Source of the DNA: Sphaerodactylus townsendi
Taxonomy: Eukaryota
Reading direction: 5' to 3'
Assembly: GCF_021028975.2 (NCBI RefSeq)
Contig: NC_059425.1
Coordinates: 170,996,001 to 171,060,000, forward strand
Length of the DNA stretch: 64,000 nt
Of the stretch, positions 11,801 through 24,683 are shown piece after piece. A program made the translations under genes and the position numbers. Numbering within the stretch: the first letter of the stretch is position 1; the number at the start of each line of letters is the position of its first letter. The notes below the pieces were generated by a model. That model did no database searches, was not told the origin of the DNA, and saw only the letters and a program-made list of their open reading frames with translations.

Positions 11801-14800
11801 CCAAACGGTCGGTATTGGCCCCTGGGAGTGGGGGTCTAGGCAGCTCTTTTGGTAGAGACATGGAACTTTGATAGCTGCTGACTTGGGAACGATAGAAATA
11901 GTGGGTGTGCCCTGAGCGCATTTCTGTATCAGCAGCCCTTGTGCCAACCTGGTTTTAAAATCAGATTAAGTATTATGCTGTATCTAATCAAGAATGACAA
12001 GTGTATTTGTAAAGTATGAGTCTGCCTTGATACATTCAATTCATTAAAATATTGGCGAAATAAAATTATGGTATTTCACTTAATCAGTATCACACTTCTA
12101 CATGTTCTAACTAAAAAAAATGGCCACGGTGATGAAGTAAATAATGCAGTAATCTTCAGAGCCAGTTAAACATGTTCAGCTCTCAGCAAAACGTTTTCCT
12201 GCTTTATAGTCAGTAGGCTTAGAATGTCACTGATTCTGTGCCAGAGACCTCCGATTAAAGCATAGGTTCTTATTGATTGCCAAATACTGCTGATGAGAAA
12301 ATCTAAATGCTTCCTTCCTGATGCTTTTATTTGATGTCGGGGTTTTTTTTTTCAGGCTGGAAGGATAAGAGCGGCAGGAATAGTCGGTATTGAGAGGAAA
12401 TTAGAAGAAAGAAGAAAGGAGATGGATAAAAACATATCTGAGGTGGATAATTTAACGTTTTCAGCGTCAGAAATTCATGTTGAGTTTTCACCTCGGAGGA
12501 AAAGTCCGACTGTTCTGCAGGCCTATAAAGTCCCAATACAGTTGAGCTGCAAGTTTGCGTTCATGTTTTACGAAGCCTTTAAAATGATTTTAACCTTCTT
12601 TAAGAATGGGCGCCCTCCAGAGCTGCCTGTCCAAAGTCTGCGCTTGAGTTCCTCTGGTATGCTGGATACTCAAACAACTCCCTTTAATTTAAAAAAAAGG
12701 GGGGGGGGAGACAGGAGTGGGTACTTAGAATCAGTATTCAGAATGCTTGGCCAAGGATATTTTTAACGTTTTCAGTGAAATGTTCAAAAAATACAGATCT
12801 CTTTTCTCAAAGCATTCCCTTGATTGCAGATCTATCCCATTTTCCCACCACTTAGGCCCCTTCTGCACATGCAGAATAATGCACTTTCAATCCACTTTCA
12901 CAATTGTTTGCAAGTGGATTTTGCTAGTCCGCACAGTAAAATCCAGCTGTAAAGTGCATCGCAAGTGGATTGTAAGTGCATTATTCTGCATGAGCGGAAG
13001 GGGCCTTATCTGGAACAATGTGGTATACTAGGAATATATTACTTCTCTGGCAACTCGTGCGTTGATTGCAGTAGTGAGTGACTGCTTGGATCCTGAGTTG
13101 AATCTTCACTAATGAAAGATATTTTATCATCAGTGGAATAGGGTTTCCTTGCCTCCCTCTGCAGCCCAAAATGACCCTGACCCTCAGGAACAGCATGGAG
13201 GGAGCTAGAAGTCCATTTGCCACAGGATGCAGCCCACTGTTTGGGATATGCCCGCGGTGGTGAACCTGTGGCACTCCAGATGTTCATGGACTACAATTCC
13301 CATCAGCCCCTGCCAGCATGACAAATTGGCCATGCTGGCAGGGGCTGGTGGGAATGGTAGTTCATGAACATCTGGAGTGCCATAGGTTCGCCACCACGAT
13401 ATGCTGATGCCAGTGTTACTTTGTGAGTCAGCATGGAGTAGTCGTTAAGAGCAGGTGGACTCTAATTTGGAGAACCAGGTGTGATTCTCCGCTCCTCCAC
13501 ATTAGCAGCAGACTCTTATCTGGCGAATTGATTTGCTTTCCCTGTTGAGTGACCTTGGTCCAGTCACAGTCCTTTAAGAACTTTCTCAATCCCACCTACC
13601 TCACAAAGTATCTGTTGTGGGGAGAGGAAGGGAAAAAAGAGTTTGTAAGTTGCCTTGAAACTCCTTGCTGGAGAGAAAGGTGGGGTATAAATCCAACCTC
13701 TTCTTCTTCTTTGGGCCTGTCAGAGATTTCTCAGAAATTTCTCAGCCCACACAGAGGCAGGCAACAGCAAGCCCCTCTGAACATCTCTTGCCTTGAAAAT
13801 TTTGTGGAGTTGCCGTAAGTCGGCAGTGATGGAACTTTCTACCGCCGCCACCACCTGGGTTGTCTTTTGGTGCTTGTGATGCCAAGGGTGAGATGGGGTA
13901 ATAGTCTTCCCCTCCACCACTTTATGAGCATCTGAAAATGCTTTTTTTAGTTTTGTTGATGAGAACCAGAAAATTACCTGGTTACCTGAACAGCCCCCCC
14001 CCCTTTCTTTTCTTCAACCAGCAGAATGGAGAGGAGAGGGGAGGAATCCTGAGCACAGTGTCACAATATCACCCGTTCACTTTTTCAAGACCTTTTTGAG
14101 GGAAGAGGGGATGTGGGAACACAAAGCTGCTCCCTTTCGTGCTAGGTGTGCTACTCTGGGAATAGATAGATCCACCTTTGTTCTCTTATAGTTTGTCAGC
14201 ATAAAAAAATCAGATTGTGGGAGTTGGAAGGGTGGGGGTGAGGAGCAGTGGACTCCTGCATGTTAGAAATGTTAATTTCAAAATGAGCCCTGTGTTCCAA
14301 AATGAATTTCCTGCACCTGCTGTTCATAGCTGATTAAAAAAACCCAACATTGTTTGTCTGAGGAAATTCCTGTTAGGTGTGTGCATATTTTCCTTTGTTT
14401 GCAAGCCTGCCCTTATCAGAAGAATTCCATTTACCCTACTTTTTATTTATCTAATTTTCCTTCTTTCTCTCTGTCTCTTTCTGTCTTTTCCCTCTGCCTC
14501 TTTACTTCTCTTTCTCTCCTGTCTCTCTTCTCTATCTCTCCTTTCTTCTCATAGGCGAAGCTACAAGGGGGCGGGGAGGTGCACCCTACACCGGGCACAC
14601 GCCTGGGGGGCAGAAAATCGCCCTGTGACCCCCCCTTCGCTGCCCCCCCCCCTTACCTTAGTTCTTAGTTTCAGGCTGAAAAGAGGCCTGTTCTGTTCAG
14701 GCTGAAATGGGCTTTTGTGGGAACTGCACTACCCAGGAGACCTTGCGAGCCCCAAGGGCTCCTGGGTAGTACACTTCCCACCCAGGCTTTTTTCAGCCTG

Positions 14801-17800
14801 AACTGAACAGGCTGCTTTTCAGCCTGAAACTAAGCCTGAAACTAAGAACTAAGGCAGGGGTGTGCAACCTGTGGCTCTCCAGATGTTCATGGACTACAAT
14901 TCCCATCAGCCCCTGCCAGCATGGCCAATAGGCTGGTGGGAATTGTAGTCTATGAGCATCTGGAGAGCCACAGGTTGGACACCCCTGAACTAAGGTAAGT
15001 GGGGGGGGGGGGCTCAAGAAGGTGGGTCAGAAGCAGGGCCCATGGGGGGAGGGGCTGAAAACGCAGAGTCCACTCGGGCGCAGTTTGGCCCAGCTTATAC
15101 CTCTGCTTCATCTCTCCCTGTTTCTTTCTCTCTTTCTTGGGGAGCTTTGTTTAGGTTGTTGAGATAACGCGTTAAGATGCTAATTACCAATTATGTTGTG
15201 AATCTGGCACATAAATGAAGGAAAGGCAAGTTGCAGGTTGCAGTGTCCCGTTACTGTTGGGATGTTTGCTGTTTGCGAAGCTGTACGTGCTTAAATACAA
15301 ACTGAGATCAGAGTTAGTTTGTGGCAACTCTTGGCTTTTCTGTTAATCCATTGCTGAAGATGAGCTGCCGTCTCATATCTTAGGTGTAGGAAACCTGCCA
15401 TCACAACACTGTGTGTCCTATTCACACAGAAGCACAGCCTGTTTGGGCCCTTTCATAGTTTAATATTTGATGATCTACCCATTTATAAGTTAGTATTACA
15501 ACACAAAAGCATGTTTCCTATCATTCTAAACCAGGGGTCTGCAACCTGCGGCTCTCCAGATGTTCATGGACTACAAATCCCATCAGCCCCTGCCAGCATG
15601 GCCAATTGGCCATGCTGGCAGGGGCTGATGGGATTTGTAGTCCATGAACATCTGGAGAGCTGCAGGTTGCAAACTCCTGTTCTAAACTAAGTGGCAGAAG
15701 AATTGTTGCCATGATGCAATGAATATTATTTCTTTTGGAAGAATATATCTCCAGATGTGTTTTTATTGTTTTCAGGCTTTTGAAGACCTCAGCAAACTAA
15801 TGGAAAAGGTAAAGTACCCCCTTATTTGTTCTCCTCTCTGAACTGAAATCTGCTGGTCCTGTAATGAGAACCAAGAGGGGAGCCGTTCCCACCGAGTGAT
15901 CTTGGTGTCTGCATTATGTGTTTCACAGGCTAAAGAAATGGTGGAGTTATCCAAATCGATTGCTAATAAGATCAAAGAGAAGCAAGGTGACATAACTGAA
16001 GATGAGGTCAGTTTGTATGTTAGCAACTTGTTTAATGAAGGCTATGAATATGAACATGTTCTATGAAGCCACAGTACTTCTAAATTCTGAACTGGTAATA
16101 TGACATAACTTACAGCGCTTACCCACATGCTCATTTTCATACCGGAGTACATGTACTTCTGTGTCTCATGTACACTTGCACACATGCATGCTGGCGTTCC
16201 TCATCACATCAGCTCATTGCAATGGACTGGCCAAATCTTCCAAAAGTAAATAGGCTTATGCTGCCCAATATTTTATTTAGCATGGGAGGATCTAACTAAA
16301 TAACTAACTAAAATAGGCTTATGAGAAAATAGACAATGAGCATTACTGAACTGAGTGATTCCCTAGTGCAGGCCCTTTTTCCCAAAGAGCAGGAAATGAT
16401 CTTAGGTGTGGGAGAAGGGCAGAGGTGTATTGGGGTGAAATGGCGCCCAGAGACAATTCCTTCTCCAGGTGCCACTGCCCTATCCCCATGTTTGGGGGCG
16501 GGGCTTGGGAGCAGGGGTCCACCTTGAGCCCTGCCCCTGATCTCCGTGCAGGCTGGCTTTTACACAAAAGCCAGTCTGCACGGAGGCAGGGGGCGGGGCT
16601 TGGTGGCAAGTGACTGGGGCGCACACCATTTGATCATGTGGTGGGTGGGAGCCTGGCGCCCCCCCCCCCCCGACCAAAAGGCATGCACCTGGAGACATGG
16701 GTGATCCCATGTCCCTATAGGCCATACGCCTCTGGAGAAGGGTGATTTTGAGAAACCTGCTACATTTTCTTCCGAACTACAGAATCTCTGGTAGCTCCCT
16801 TTCATTTTCTCAGTGCTAGCTGTTTACTGCCTCACAGTAAACTGTTTTCTCAGTCCCGGCTGTTTACTTCTCACAGAGGAAAACTTGCAGTGGCTTTTTC
16901 CACTCTCCTTTTGGACTTTTTGTTTGTTTGCAATTGCAAAAAAGGCAGCATAAACTACTGCAGTAATGATATGAGGATGTTATGAGTTGTATATAATAAT
17001 AGGTATTGGTACAGAATTTGAGTCCAGCGTACACGATTTCCTGTGTCAAAGCTGACTTCGTCAGATACAAAGATACTAACTGGATGTAACGGTTCAAGGA
17101 CCTCCATTGTATTTGTATCTGGCAAACTGAGCTTTGTGTCAGGAAAACTTATACCATGGAGAATTGTGTTGATCTGTACAGTTCTACTGGACTCTGCTGC
17201 TACCGTCTAACATGGTTAACTACCTGAAATGATCTTCAGTAGAGGTTGGAGTAGTGATGAGATAGGTATGCCTATCACCTTCTTATGCTTGTAAGGGAGG
17301 GGGAATCGTAGGACAGATGTTTTCTTTTGTGCAGAGGACGAGCTGGTATGATTTTCACTTGTACCTTATTCCCTTCTAACCTCTGCTGGTAAATACAGGG
17401 AGGTGGTGAACATCCCTCATTAACAGTTTTCAAACAGCAGCTGGACGAACATGTCAGAGATGCCTTGATCTGATCCTGCATTGAGCAGGATATTGGACAA
17501 GATAGCCTTTATGACCCCATCCAACTCTGTGATTCTATGATACTGTTGTTGAAAGGAATGTCATCTTTAGGTGTTTGAATTTTCCCAGATTCTGGGTTTG
17601 GATTTTCCCTGCATTTGTTTTGTTTAAAAATCCCCTAAGTACCACTGGATTTGTTTACAATGCATTGAATGTTGATTAACTACTCTTTAATATTACTTTT
17701 TAAAATCTTTTATTTCTGCGCAGACCATCAGGTTTAAATCCTATCTCCTGAGCATGGGTATAGCTAATCCAGTTACTCGAGAAACGCATGGATCCGGCAC

Positions 17801-20800
17801 ACATTACCATATGCAACTGGCAAAGCAGCTAGCTGGTATTTTACAGGCACCGCTGGAGGTAATGTGCTTAAGGATCTTCTTTTTGTAATGTTTTGATACA
17901 CTTTTAATTTGTGACCAAAGGTTTTATCCAATTAATTTTGTATAGAGAGACCAGTATTTTCACCATAAATAAAAGTAAAAGTGTGTTCTCTGTACTAAAC
18001 TTTCAAATAGAACCTTCATGGGCAGATTGTAATTTGGCTTTGAGATTGAAATGTCTCTCGGTACATCGTCATGTGTTTTGAACACTGTAATAATTTTTTT
18101 CTCCATGGTGTCCAACAGCTATCATAACAGTAGATTTACTGTTTGTATTGATGTCGGGAGTGCTGTTTAATGCAAGAATATGTTATCAAGTGGTGTTTTT
18201 GTTGGCTAAAATGCTTTTCTAATTTTAATGTATAGATTAGTTTTATGGTGGGTGGGCTGTGGATTCGTGCTCAAGGGAACCTTTGCTTTCAGAAGGTCCC
18301 AAGTTAAACCCTTGGCATCTCCAGCCAAAAGGATTTGAGGTCCTAGTTGTCTGTCTCTCCTTCTGAGTTCCTGGAGAGCAACTCTGAGTCAGAACAGACA
18401 ATCCTGATCTAGAGAGACCAATGTAACGCAGTTCCATAATCTAGATACAATATATGAAAAAATATGATGCAGATGTTAAGGTGATTCCATGATCCAAACT
18501 GGTCTTATGTCAACAGGAGCGGGGAGGAATAATGTCACTCACAGAAGTATATTGTTTGGTGAATCGTGCTCGAGGCTTAGAGGTGAGAAATTTTGCGAGT
18601 ACCTTGACAAAACTGGCTTGAAAGACTCCCATACAGTTGTAGGTAATAAAACCCCTTTTTCATGTTGTTCTGGGAAGAAAACTAGATCTGTTTCTTCTAG
18701 TGCGTGTCCTTTTTCCCTTCTCTTTCTGTTGAAGTTCACTGCATGCCAGAGGGTCCTTCTGGAGTAAAATCCACCTAGTAATGAGCTATTGAACGTTAGA
18801 CAGCAGCTTGGGGAAATGGAGGCATGAGGATCTGCTAATGTTGAAACACAACGCTGAAAAGGAGAGAGAAGCATGTAAAAGTTGTCTTCTGATTCTGGGG
18901 CGGGGGGAGCTGATGAACAGGAGGGGGATGGCAAACAAGATGAATGAAGAACTGGTGTGAAAATGCAGGTGGATTTCTAAAATTTAGAATGGTGAAAGAA
19001 GCATTCTGATAAAGATGTACGGTGCAAAAATGCCTGAGGGTGTTTTTTTAAAAAAATACACATCCCAACTCTCTTGCTTAAAACTCCCAATTGGCATTCA
19101 AGAGGTTCTCGTACCATTTCCCTTCCAGGCCTTTTTCCTAATCCAGTTTCTGGTTAGTTCAGGGTAAACTACCGGTATATTGTCTCACCTACCATGGGTG
19201 TAGCAGACGGGGAAGATATGACCATTTTATATAAATGCTGTCCAAGGTTATGACGGAGAATATATTATATGCATATCTATATTACACAAGCCAAGACATA
19301 GTAAAATGATTTTGAAATCCATTCTGTATTCATAGTTAATGCCTGTTGAGGGAGACCCAGGATAGCTGTTAGTTACTTTGCAGCAAATAAGTTGCTAAGT
19401 GCCAGAAGGATGACGTCGTGGATTGTGCAGATGTTTATACTGCACTGCCAAAATGTGGCTGCCAAGCAGCCAGATGCTTTGAAGAGAACTGTCGATTCCA
19501 GTAATCGTGCACTTAGAATGGAGGCATTCAAGACTCATGCGTATTGCAAAATGTAGCTCAAAATAAATAGAACACATGCTATTTTCTGCAGTAAAAGCCT
19601 TCTTTTAATCCTGTGTTTTTCTCTGATAGTAGATGCTATTGATGAAATCAGGATTCTGTGTATAGTTAGTCCAGTGATAGTTAGTACACTCTAGAGCAGG
19701 GGTCTGCAACCTGCAGCTCTCCAGATGTTAATGGACTACAATTCCCATCAGCCCCTGCCAGCTGGCAGGGGCTGATGGGATTTGTAGTCCATTAACATCT
19801 GGAGAGCCGCAGGTTGCAGACCCCTGCTCTAGAGAGTGCCAATGAAACATTCCAAAGATACCGGTTCAGTGTGCATGTAAACAGTTTGGGGATCTGTCCT
19901 CGTTCTTACGTGGCTGCTGTGTCCTCTTGACAGTGTTCTTAAAATTCCACTGAGGACTCGTTCCAGTGCAGTTGCAAATACCTAACGTGATGGATGATGC
20001 TCCAAAAATGAGTTGTGCTCATGAGTTTTATCTCCTTAAAATATGCATATTTGTGTGTGTGTTTCCCCAGGCACATCTTCCTGGACCTTTCTTATATTTA
20101 AATGCTCTGCGGGGTCTCAGTGACTGCCATCCCCCCTTCCCAAGTCTCTTTTCGCTTTAGAGACCCTTGTTTAAGCGCTGCTTTCGTCAAAACCATTATT
20201 GCCTGCACTTCTAAGCATCGAACTTTGAAAAAAGAGCATTTATATTGCTCCGGACAGCGATCCCCAAGACTTGCCTTTTTGTAAAGTTGTGCCCGCCATT
20301 TTGTTTCCTGTCCCCAGGCAAAATGGGGATACTGATCCATGTAGGCACCATTTCTACTTAATGGTACTTACATCATTGGTACTCTGGTATTCATTCCCAA
20401 GAATAAAGTCTTGCTGGAACTAGTCCTGTGATTACGATGTTTTCACAATGCGACTAAAAGTGTCTGTTTGTTTTTACAATTAGCTGCTTTCCCCTGAAGA
20501 TCTCGTAAATGCATGTAAGATGCTAGAAGCTCTGAAACTGCCTATCAGGTGAGATTCCATCGAAATGGATTTCTGACAAATGTATCTGAATAGTATGATG
20601 GGATTTGGGTCTGCTCTATGAACCCCTTAAGAACCCCTTGTGACAAAGAAATTAAGTGTGTCCATATCTCTGTGATAAAAGAAGTCACTAAATTTCTCCA
20701 TATTAGTTAAAAGGAATGGAATAATTTTTGTTTTTTACCTATGAGTTGGCTGTGATTTTTCTATATTTATGCACTGGGCCGCTCCCCGCCCCCCAATCAC

Positions 20801-23800
20801 TTCCCACCCCCCTTCTCCCCTATACCAACCTGGCTCGGAAGAACGGGCTCAGCACGGGGGAGGTGCCTAAAGACAAAGCTGGCTTGCTCTGTCGTTAGGT
20901 GTCTGAGGACCTGGGGAGGGCAGGAGGCGGCTTTCAGGGAGGCTGGGGGAGGGGGGCGGCTCAGGGGAGACGACTCCAATGGGCCCTGCGGCACCAGGCT
21001 GGCCCAGGAGCCAGTCTGCTGCTGCAGTGCCCATCCGAGCTGCCCCCACCCCTGAACCCTGCCCCCAGGGGCGGGGAGGCACCTGGAGGAGGTGTTGTCC
21101 CCGGGCGCCATTTCCCCCCACAGAGGTGTCAGTTGGTAGGTCTAGTCTACAACACGCCAGGGTTGTCTGTGCTGCATTGTAGCGAAGCAGTGAGGGCCCA
21201 AAAGCCTGTCAAATGTTGCTGGATTTCACACTGAATCAGTGAGGGCAAAGGTTTTCAGCCTTTCCAGACCGTGGACCCACTTTAACTCCAGATGGCAGCA
21301 AGGGGACTGAGTAAAGTGTAAGCCTGAGGCCAGAATTCTCATGACATCACTGTTGTGTGCCAGGGAGAAGAGGAGCCCGTGTGAATCCGTTTGAGTTGAC
21401 TCTCTGCTGCTGAGTGACCTTGGCCAAGGGGGGGCGGGGCACCTTGTTGCCCATGCAAACACACTTTCGGCAGGTCCTTCCAAAAAATAGCAATAAATAG
21501 ATGAATGGCAGCTCCCTGAAGCCTCATGATCCAGCAGATGGGACTCCCAAGATCTGTCTGAAAGTCCCAGTGTAGGTAGAAGGCCGCTAAATTAGACCTT
21601 ATCCAACCTCCTCTTTTCTGCAAACTGCTAGCTCATCTTTGTGTTTTCTTGTCTTAAAAAAAAAAATTAGGCTTCGTATCTTTGACAGTGGCGTCATGGT
21701 GATTGAGCTCCAGTCCCACAATGAAGAGGAGATGGTGGCTTCTGCCTTAGAGACGGTACGTGAACTGTTGACTTCAGCAGTCTGCCTGAGGAAATTGATT
21801 TTCATCACCGAAACCACCATGCTGAGGATGGGGGAGGTGCTTTCCAGAGCTAAAATTCCCTGCCCACTGTTGCTTATCATGCACCCATTGGGGCTCACAT
21901 GTTTGACCCTGTCAGGGGTCAAGCTGTCTTACCCCTGTTGTGCCCACCCAGCTAAAATCAAGATACATCTCCTCTGTTAATATTCTCATCACAGAGTCTT
22001 TTGATGCTGGTTTGTGGCTGTGTGATCATAAATACTTTACCGTACTTCAATCCCTTCCTCCCACCAAGCAGATCTGTTAGAAAACGGTTTTGGAATCTTG
22101 TCAAATACAGTTTTCCAGACTCTTCTAACGATAATGCTTTTGCAGTTGCAACAGTGCTTAAAATGTACGCACCTTAACTACACGCCAGCTAAGTAAAAAT
22201 AAAGAGGAGGTGTCATTTCTTAAATCTTTAGAACTTCCAGAGGGGAGGGAGGAAAACCTGAAACTTGACCTGTAAGTCAGAGGCCAATGCCTAGCTTCAG
22301 AAAACTTCCTGCTAACAGGATGGGGTTGGAAGGATGTGAGAGGGCCCGGGGACTTTTGCTTCCTCTGTTCTGAAGATGTTCAATCACATTTTGAATCCTT
22401 TCCCTTCTCGACAAAGAGTTCGGATAGGTGGGATTATACCAACTTTTCACCACTAAAACTGTGTGAAGATTTTATTTTATTTGTGTCATTTAAACCTTAC
22501 TTTTCTCCTCAGTGGGGACCTAAGGTGGCTTACCACATGCTCCCCTTCTGCATTTTATCCTTACAAATGTCCTGTGGAGGAGATTAGGCTGAGAGAGAGA
22601 GTGAGGGACCCGAGATCACCCAGCAAGCCTCCGTGGCAGAGGTGGGATTTAAACATGGATCTACCAGATCCTACTCTGACACTCTAATCACTACCCTTCA
22701 CTGACTCTAAATAGGTGAGACCAAGAGGTGCAGAAACTTGCTCAAAATGACCAGGCAATCTTTATAGCTAAGCAGGTATTTGAATACAGTTTTGCCAGAA
22801 TCTGTTCCTGCTACTCCATAGCAGGAGTGATGCTTGTATTCCACAGGTGTAGAGGATCAGTCAGAATGTGTCTTGGTAATCATGTTCATGCCACCCAAGA
22901 AACCGTGACTCACAGCACAGGTACACGATTTTCACCTATACTTTGTCTCAGTAAAAGATGTTAGTACGATCAGTTGAGGCGCAGCGGTTGAGAAAATTGT
23001 TTGCTTCCACATTCGAATATAGTCCCAAATGAATGTGAGAATGATCATTCATTTTTACACGCTGCCTTTGTCCAAACCATCATTTGTGCATTGTTGAACA
23101 TGGTACTTGATACAAGAGCATTTATAATTCATCAAACAACTATCTGAGGAATGGGGAGGGAACATCGCTAGGTAGGCACTAGGACCCAGGCAGAGGATTC
23201 TACAGCAAAGAAGATCTGGCATGTTGAGTCCTGTGGTGAAGGAATATACAACTGTACTAATATCTTTTTCTGAGACTGACTATAGTCTGAAAATGAAAAG
23301 ACCAGCATGGCTGTCTTGTGCTGCAGATTTAGCCGTCACCTTGCACTGGTTTCTGCAGCGTGCGCTATAGTCAAGAGACAACCATATTGAGTAGCCTACG
23401 CACAGGACAGGGCTCATTTGATAGCAAGACCCAATTCTAGTGAGCCATGAAGATGCTTCCTTTGTCCAGGTTGCCACACTGATAACCTCTGGTCAACTTT
23501 CTGGCTCTGTTGATCTACTCATATCAGAGAATTGAGCGTTGTTGTTTTTTACATTTGTTATGTTCAAACTTATGGTTTCCATTTTGATTATGAGCTTTTA
23601 GGCCAATAAAAGGCGAATGAATGAATGATTATAAGCTTACAGGAAAGCTTACATATGTGCGTTAAATGCTCAGTCTGGAGGCACTGTTGATCTGGAGGCA
23701 CTGTTGAGTCTTGTAACATTGGGGAAATAAAGAGATGAAGCCTTGGGTGGGAGCTGGTAAAACAGTATAAGCTGCTGTACAGATTTACTGCATTGTGGTT

Positions 23801-24683
23801 TTTTTGTGGTCTGCTAGGTATCTGAGAAGGGGTCCCTCACAGCAGAGGAGTTTGCAAAGCTTGTGGGAATGTCTGTACTTCTAGCCAAAGAGAGGTAAGG
23901 TATAAAAAGTCTCTGGTTTTAATCAGGGGCGTAGGGAAAGAAAATGGTGGTCGGAACAAAATGGCGGCCGGGAGCTGCCCCCCACTGCCCCTCCCCCTTA
24001 CCTTTTTCTGTTGGCAAGCAGAAAAAGCAGGCTGGCTGGGCTGCGGGGGAAAGGGGAGAGATCAGGCTGGCTTCTAGAGCACGCCCACGGTTGGATCACA
24101 GCTGACTGGCACAGCCCTCGTCCCAGGCTGGGCCAAGGCACGACACGCGCACATCGCTCTGAGGCCCAGCGGCTTCTGGGAAGGAGGAGGGGCGTGACTG
24201 GGCCTCAGCACAACGTGCACACACCCCCGGCGCCCATCATCCAGCCTCCAGCTATGGCCGTGCTCTCCAGAGCATGCCCACGGCTAGAGGACAGCTGATG
24301 GGTGTAGGCTGAGGCCCAGCCACTTCTGGGAAGGAGGAGGGATGTGGCTGGGCCTCAGTGTGATGTGCGCATGTTGCACTGAGGTCCAGCCACATCCCCC
24401 CTCCTTCCTGGAAGTGTGGAGGGCGATTTTTGTGCACCCCCACGTGACTCCCATGAGGGTGCCTGGGGCGTTTTCCCCCAGATGTCCCCGTGGCAGCTTT
24501 GCCACTGGTTTTAATTAAGTCAGGCATCGATGATACAGATAACAAACATCCTTTAAAAATAATTAAAAGTACTTCTCGTTTTGTTCTAGGCTTCTTCTAG
24601 CAGAAAAGATGGGTCAACTTTGCAGAGATGATTCTGTGGAAGGCTTGCGGTTCTATCCAAATTTATTTCTGACACAAAGTTAG
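2400..24683 (+). CDS. VPS36: Vacuolar protein sorting 36 (ESCRT-II subunit, EAP45), 14 coding exons, 386 aa
   Basis: Join 2400-2495, 5299-5367, 9959-10029, 10388-10502, 11279-11368, 12356-12442, 15776-15808, 15929-16006, 17724-17858, 18517-18582, 20484-20548, 21671-21755, 23818-23894, 24590-24683 = 1161 nt, all GT-AG. Protein [15 protein letters not shown]...GLUE domain...[20 protein letters not shown]. Confidence 0.97.
2799..2843. repeat. (GT)n microsatellite
   Basis: Direct read. Confidence 0.95.
2985..3458. other. Assembly gap (N run)
   Basis: Run of n. Confidence 0.99.
5299..5367 (+). CDS. VPS36: VPS36 exon 2
   Basis: ctag|[23 protein letters not shown]|gtaagt. Confidence 0.95.
8866..9050 (+). 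mobile_element. tRNA-derived SINE
   Basis: tRNA-like head gtggctcagcggcagagcatctgctttgcatgcagaaggtcgcaggttc. Confidence 0.65.
9180..9430 (-). mobile_element. CR1 LINE 3' fragment
   Basis: Minus-strand translation ...[34 protein letters not shown], typical of the CR1 ORF2 end. Confidence 0.8.
9959..10029 (+). CDS. VPS36: VPS36 exon 3
   Basis: atag|[23 protein letters not shown]|gtaatt. Confidence 0.95.
10115..10370 (+). mobile_element. CR1 LINE 3' fragment with (TTCTTATG)n tail in VPS36 intron 3
   Basis: Near-identical to 47989-48240, which is contiguous with CR1 ORF2 sequence. Confidence 0.88.
10388..10502 (+). CDS. VPS36: VPS36 exon 4
   Basis: atag|(S)[38 protein letters not shown]|gtatgt. 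Confidence 0.95.
10525..11169 (+). mobile_element. Solo LTR (645 bp)
   Basis: TG...CA ends; 5-bp TSD tctgt (10520-10524, 11170-11174); TATA-like GATAAAAA about 10967; AGTAAA about 11050. Confidence 0.8.
11279..11368 (+). CDS. VPS36: VPS36 exon 5
   Basis: acag|[30 protein letters not shown]|gtactg. Confidence 0.95.
12356..12442 (+). CDS. VPS36: VPS36 exon 6
   Basis: tcag|[29 protein letters not shown]|gtggat. Confidence 0.95.
12855..13005. mobile_element. PIF/Harbinger-type MITE
   Basis: TIR GGCCCCTTC(T/C)GC..ATGCAGAATAATGCAC; TSD TTA; further copies about 32386-32527, 34035-34183, 37996-38139, 63940-64000. Confidence 0.8.
13253..13397. mobile_element. Palindromic hAT MITE
   Basis: Fold-back ccagatgttcatggactacaattcccatcagcccctgccagcatg and its complement. 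Confidence 0.8.
14855..14987. mobile_element. Palindromic hAT MITE nested in an older fold-back element (about 14554-15104)
   Basis: 8-bp TSD aactaagg on both sides. Confidence 0.85.
15532..15679. mobile_element. Palindromic hAT MITE
   Basis: Near-perfect 148-bp palindrome; 8-bp TSD ttctaaac. Confidence 0.9.
15776..15808 (+). CDS. VPS36: VPS36 exon 7
   Basis: tcag|[11 protein letters not shown]|gtaaag. Confidence 0.93.
15929..16006 (+). CDS. VPS36: VPS36 exon 8
   Basis: acag|[26 protein letters not shown]|gtcagt. Confidence 0.95.
16420..16734. mobile_element. Non-autonomous hAT element (CAGAGG(C/T)GTA TIR)
   Basis: 8-bp TSD gagaaggg; related truncated copies about 5667-6007 and 20780-21121. 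Confidence 0.85.
17724..17858 (+). CDS. VPS36: VPS36 exon 9
   Basis: gcag|[45 protein letters not shown]|gtaatg. Confidence 0.95.
18517..18582 (+). CDS. VPS36: VPS36 exon 10
   Basis: acag|[22 protein letters not shown]|gtgaga. Confidence 0.95.
19697..19826. mobile_element. Palindromic hAT MITE
   Basis: 8-bp TSD ctctagag. Confidence 0.9.
20484..20548 (+). CDS. VPS36: VPS36 exon 11
   Basis: ttag|[21 protein letters not shown](R)|gtgaga. Confidence 0.95.
21671..21755 (+). CDS. VPS36: VPS36 exon 12
   Basis: ttag|[28 protein letters not shown]|gtacgt. Confidence 0.95.
23818..23894 (+). CDS. VPS36: VPS36 exon 13
   Basis: ctag|[25 protein letters not shown](R)|gtaagg. Confidence 0.95.
23924..24507. 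mobile_element. Non-autonomous hAT element in VPS36 intron 13
   Basis: CAGGGGCGTA...TTTGCCACTG ends; 8-bp TSD gttttaat. Confidence 0.85.
24590..24683 (+). CDS. VPS36: VPS36 exon 14 (coding part, stop TAG)
   Basis: ctag|[30 protein letters not shown]. Confidence 0.95.
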
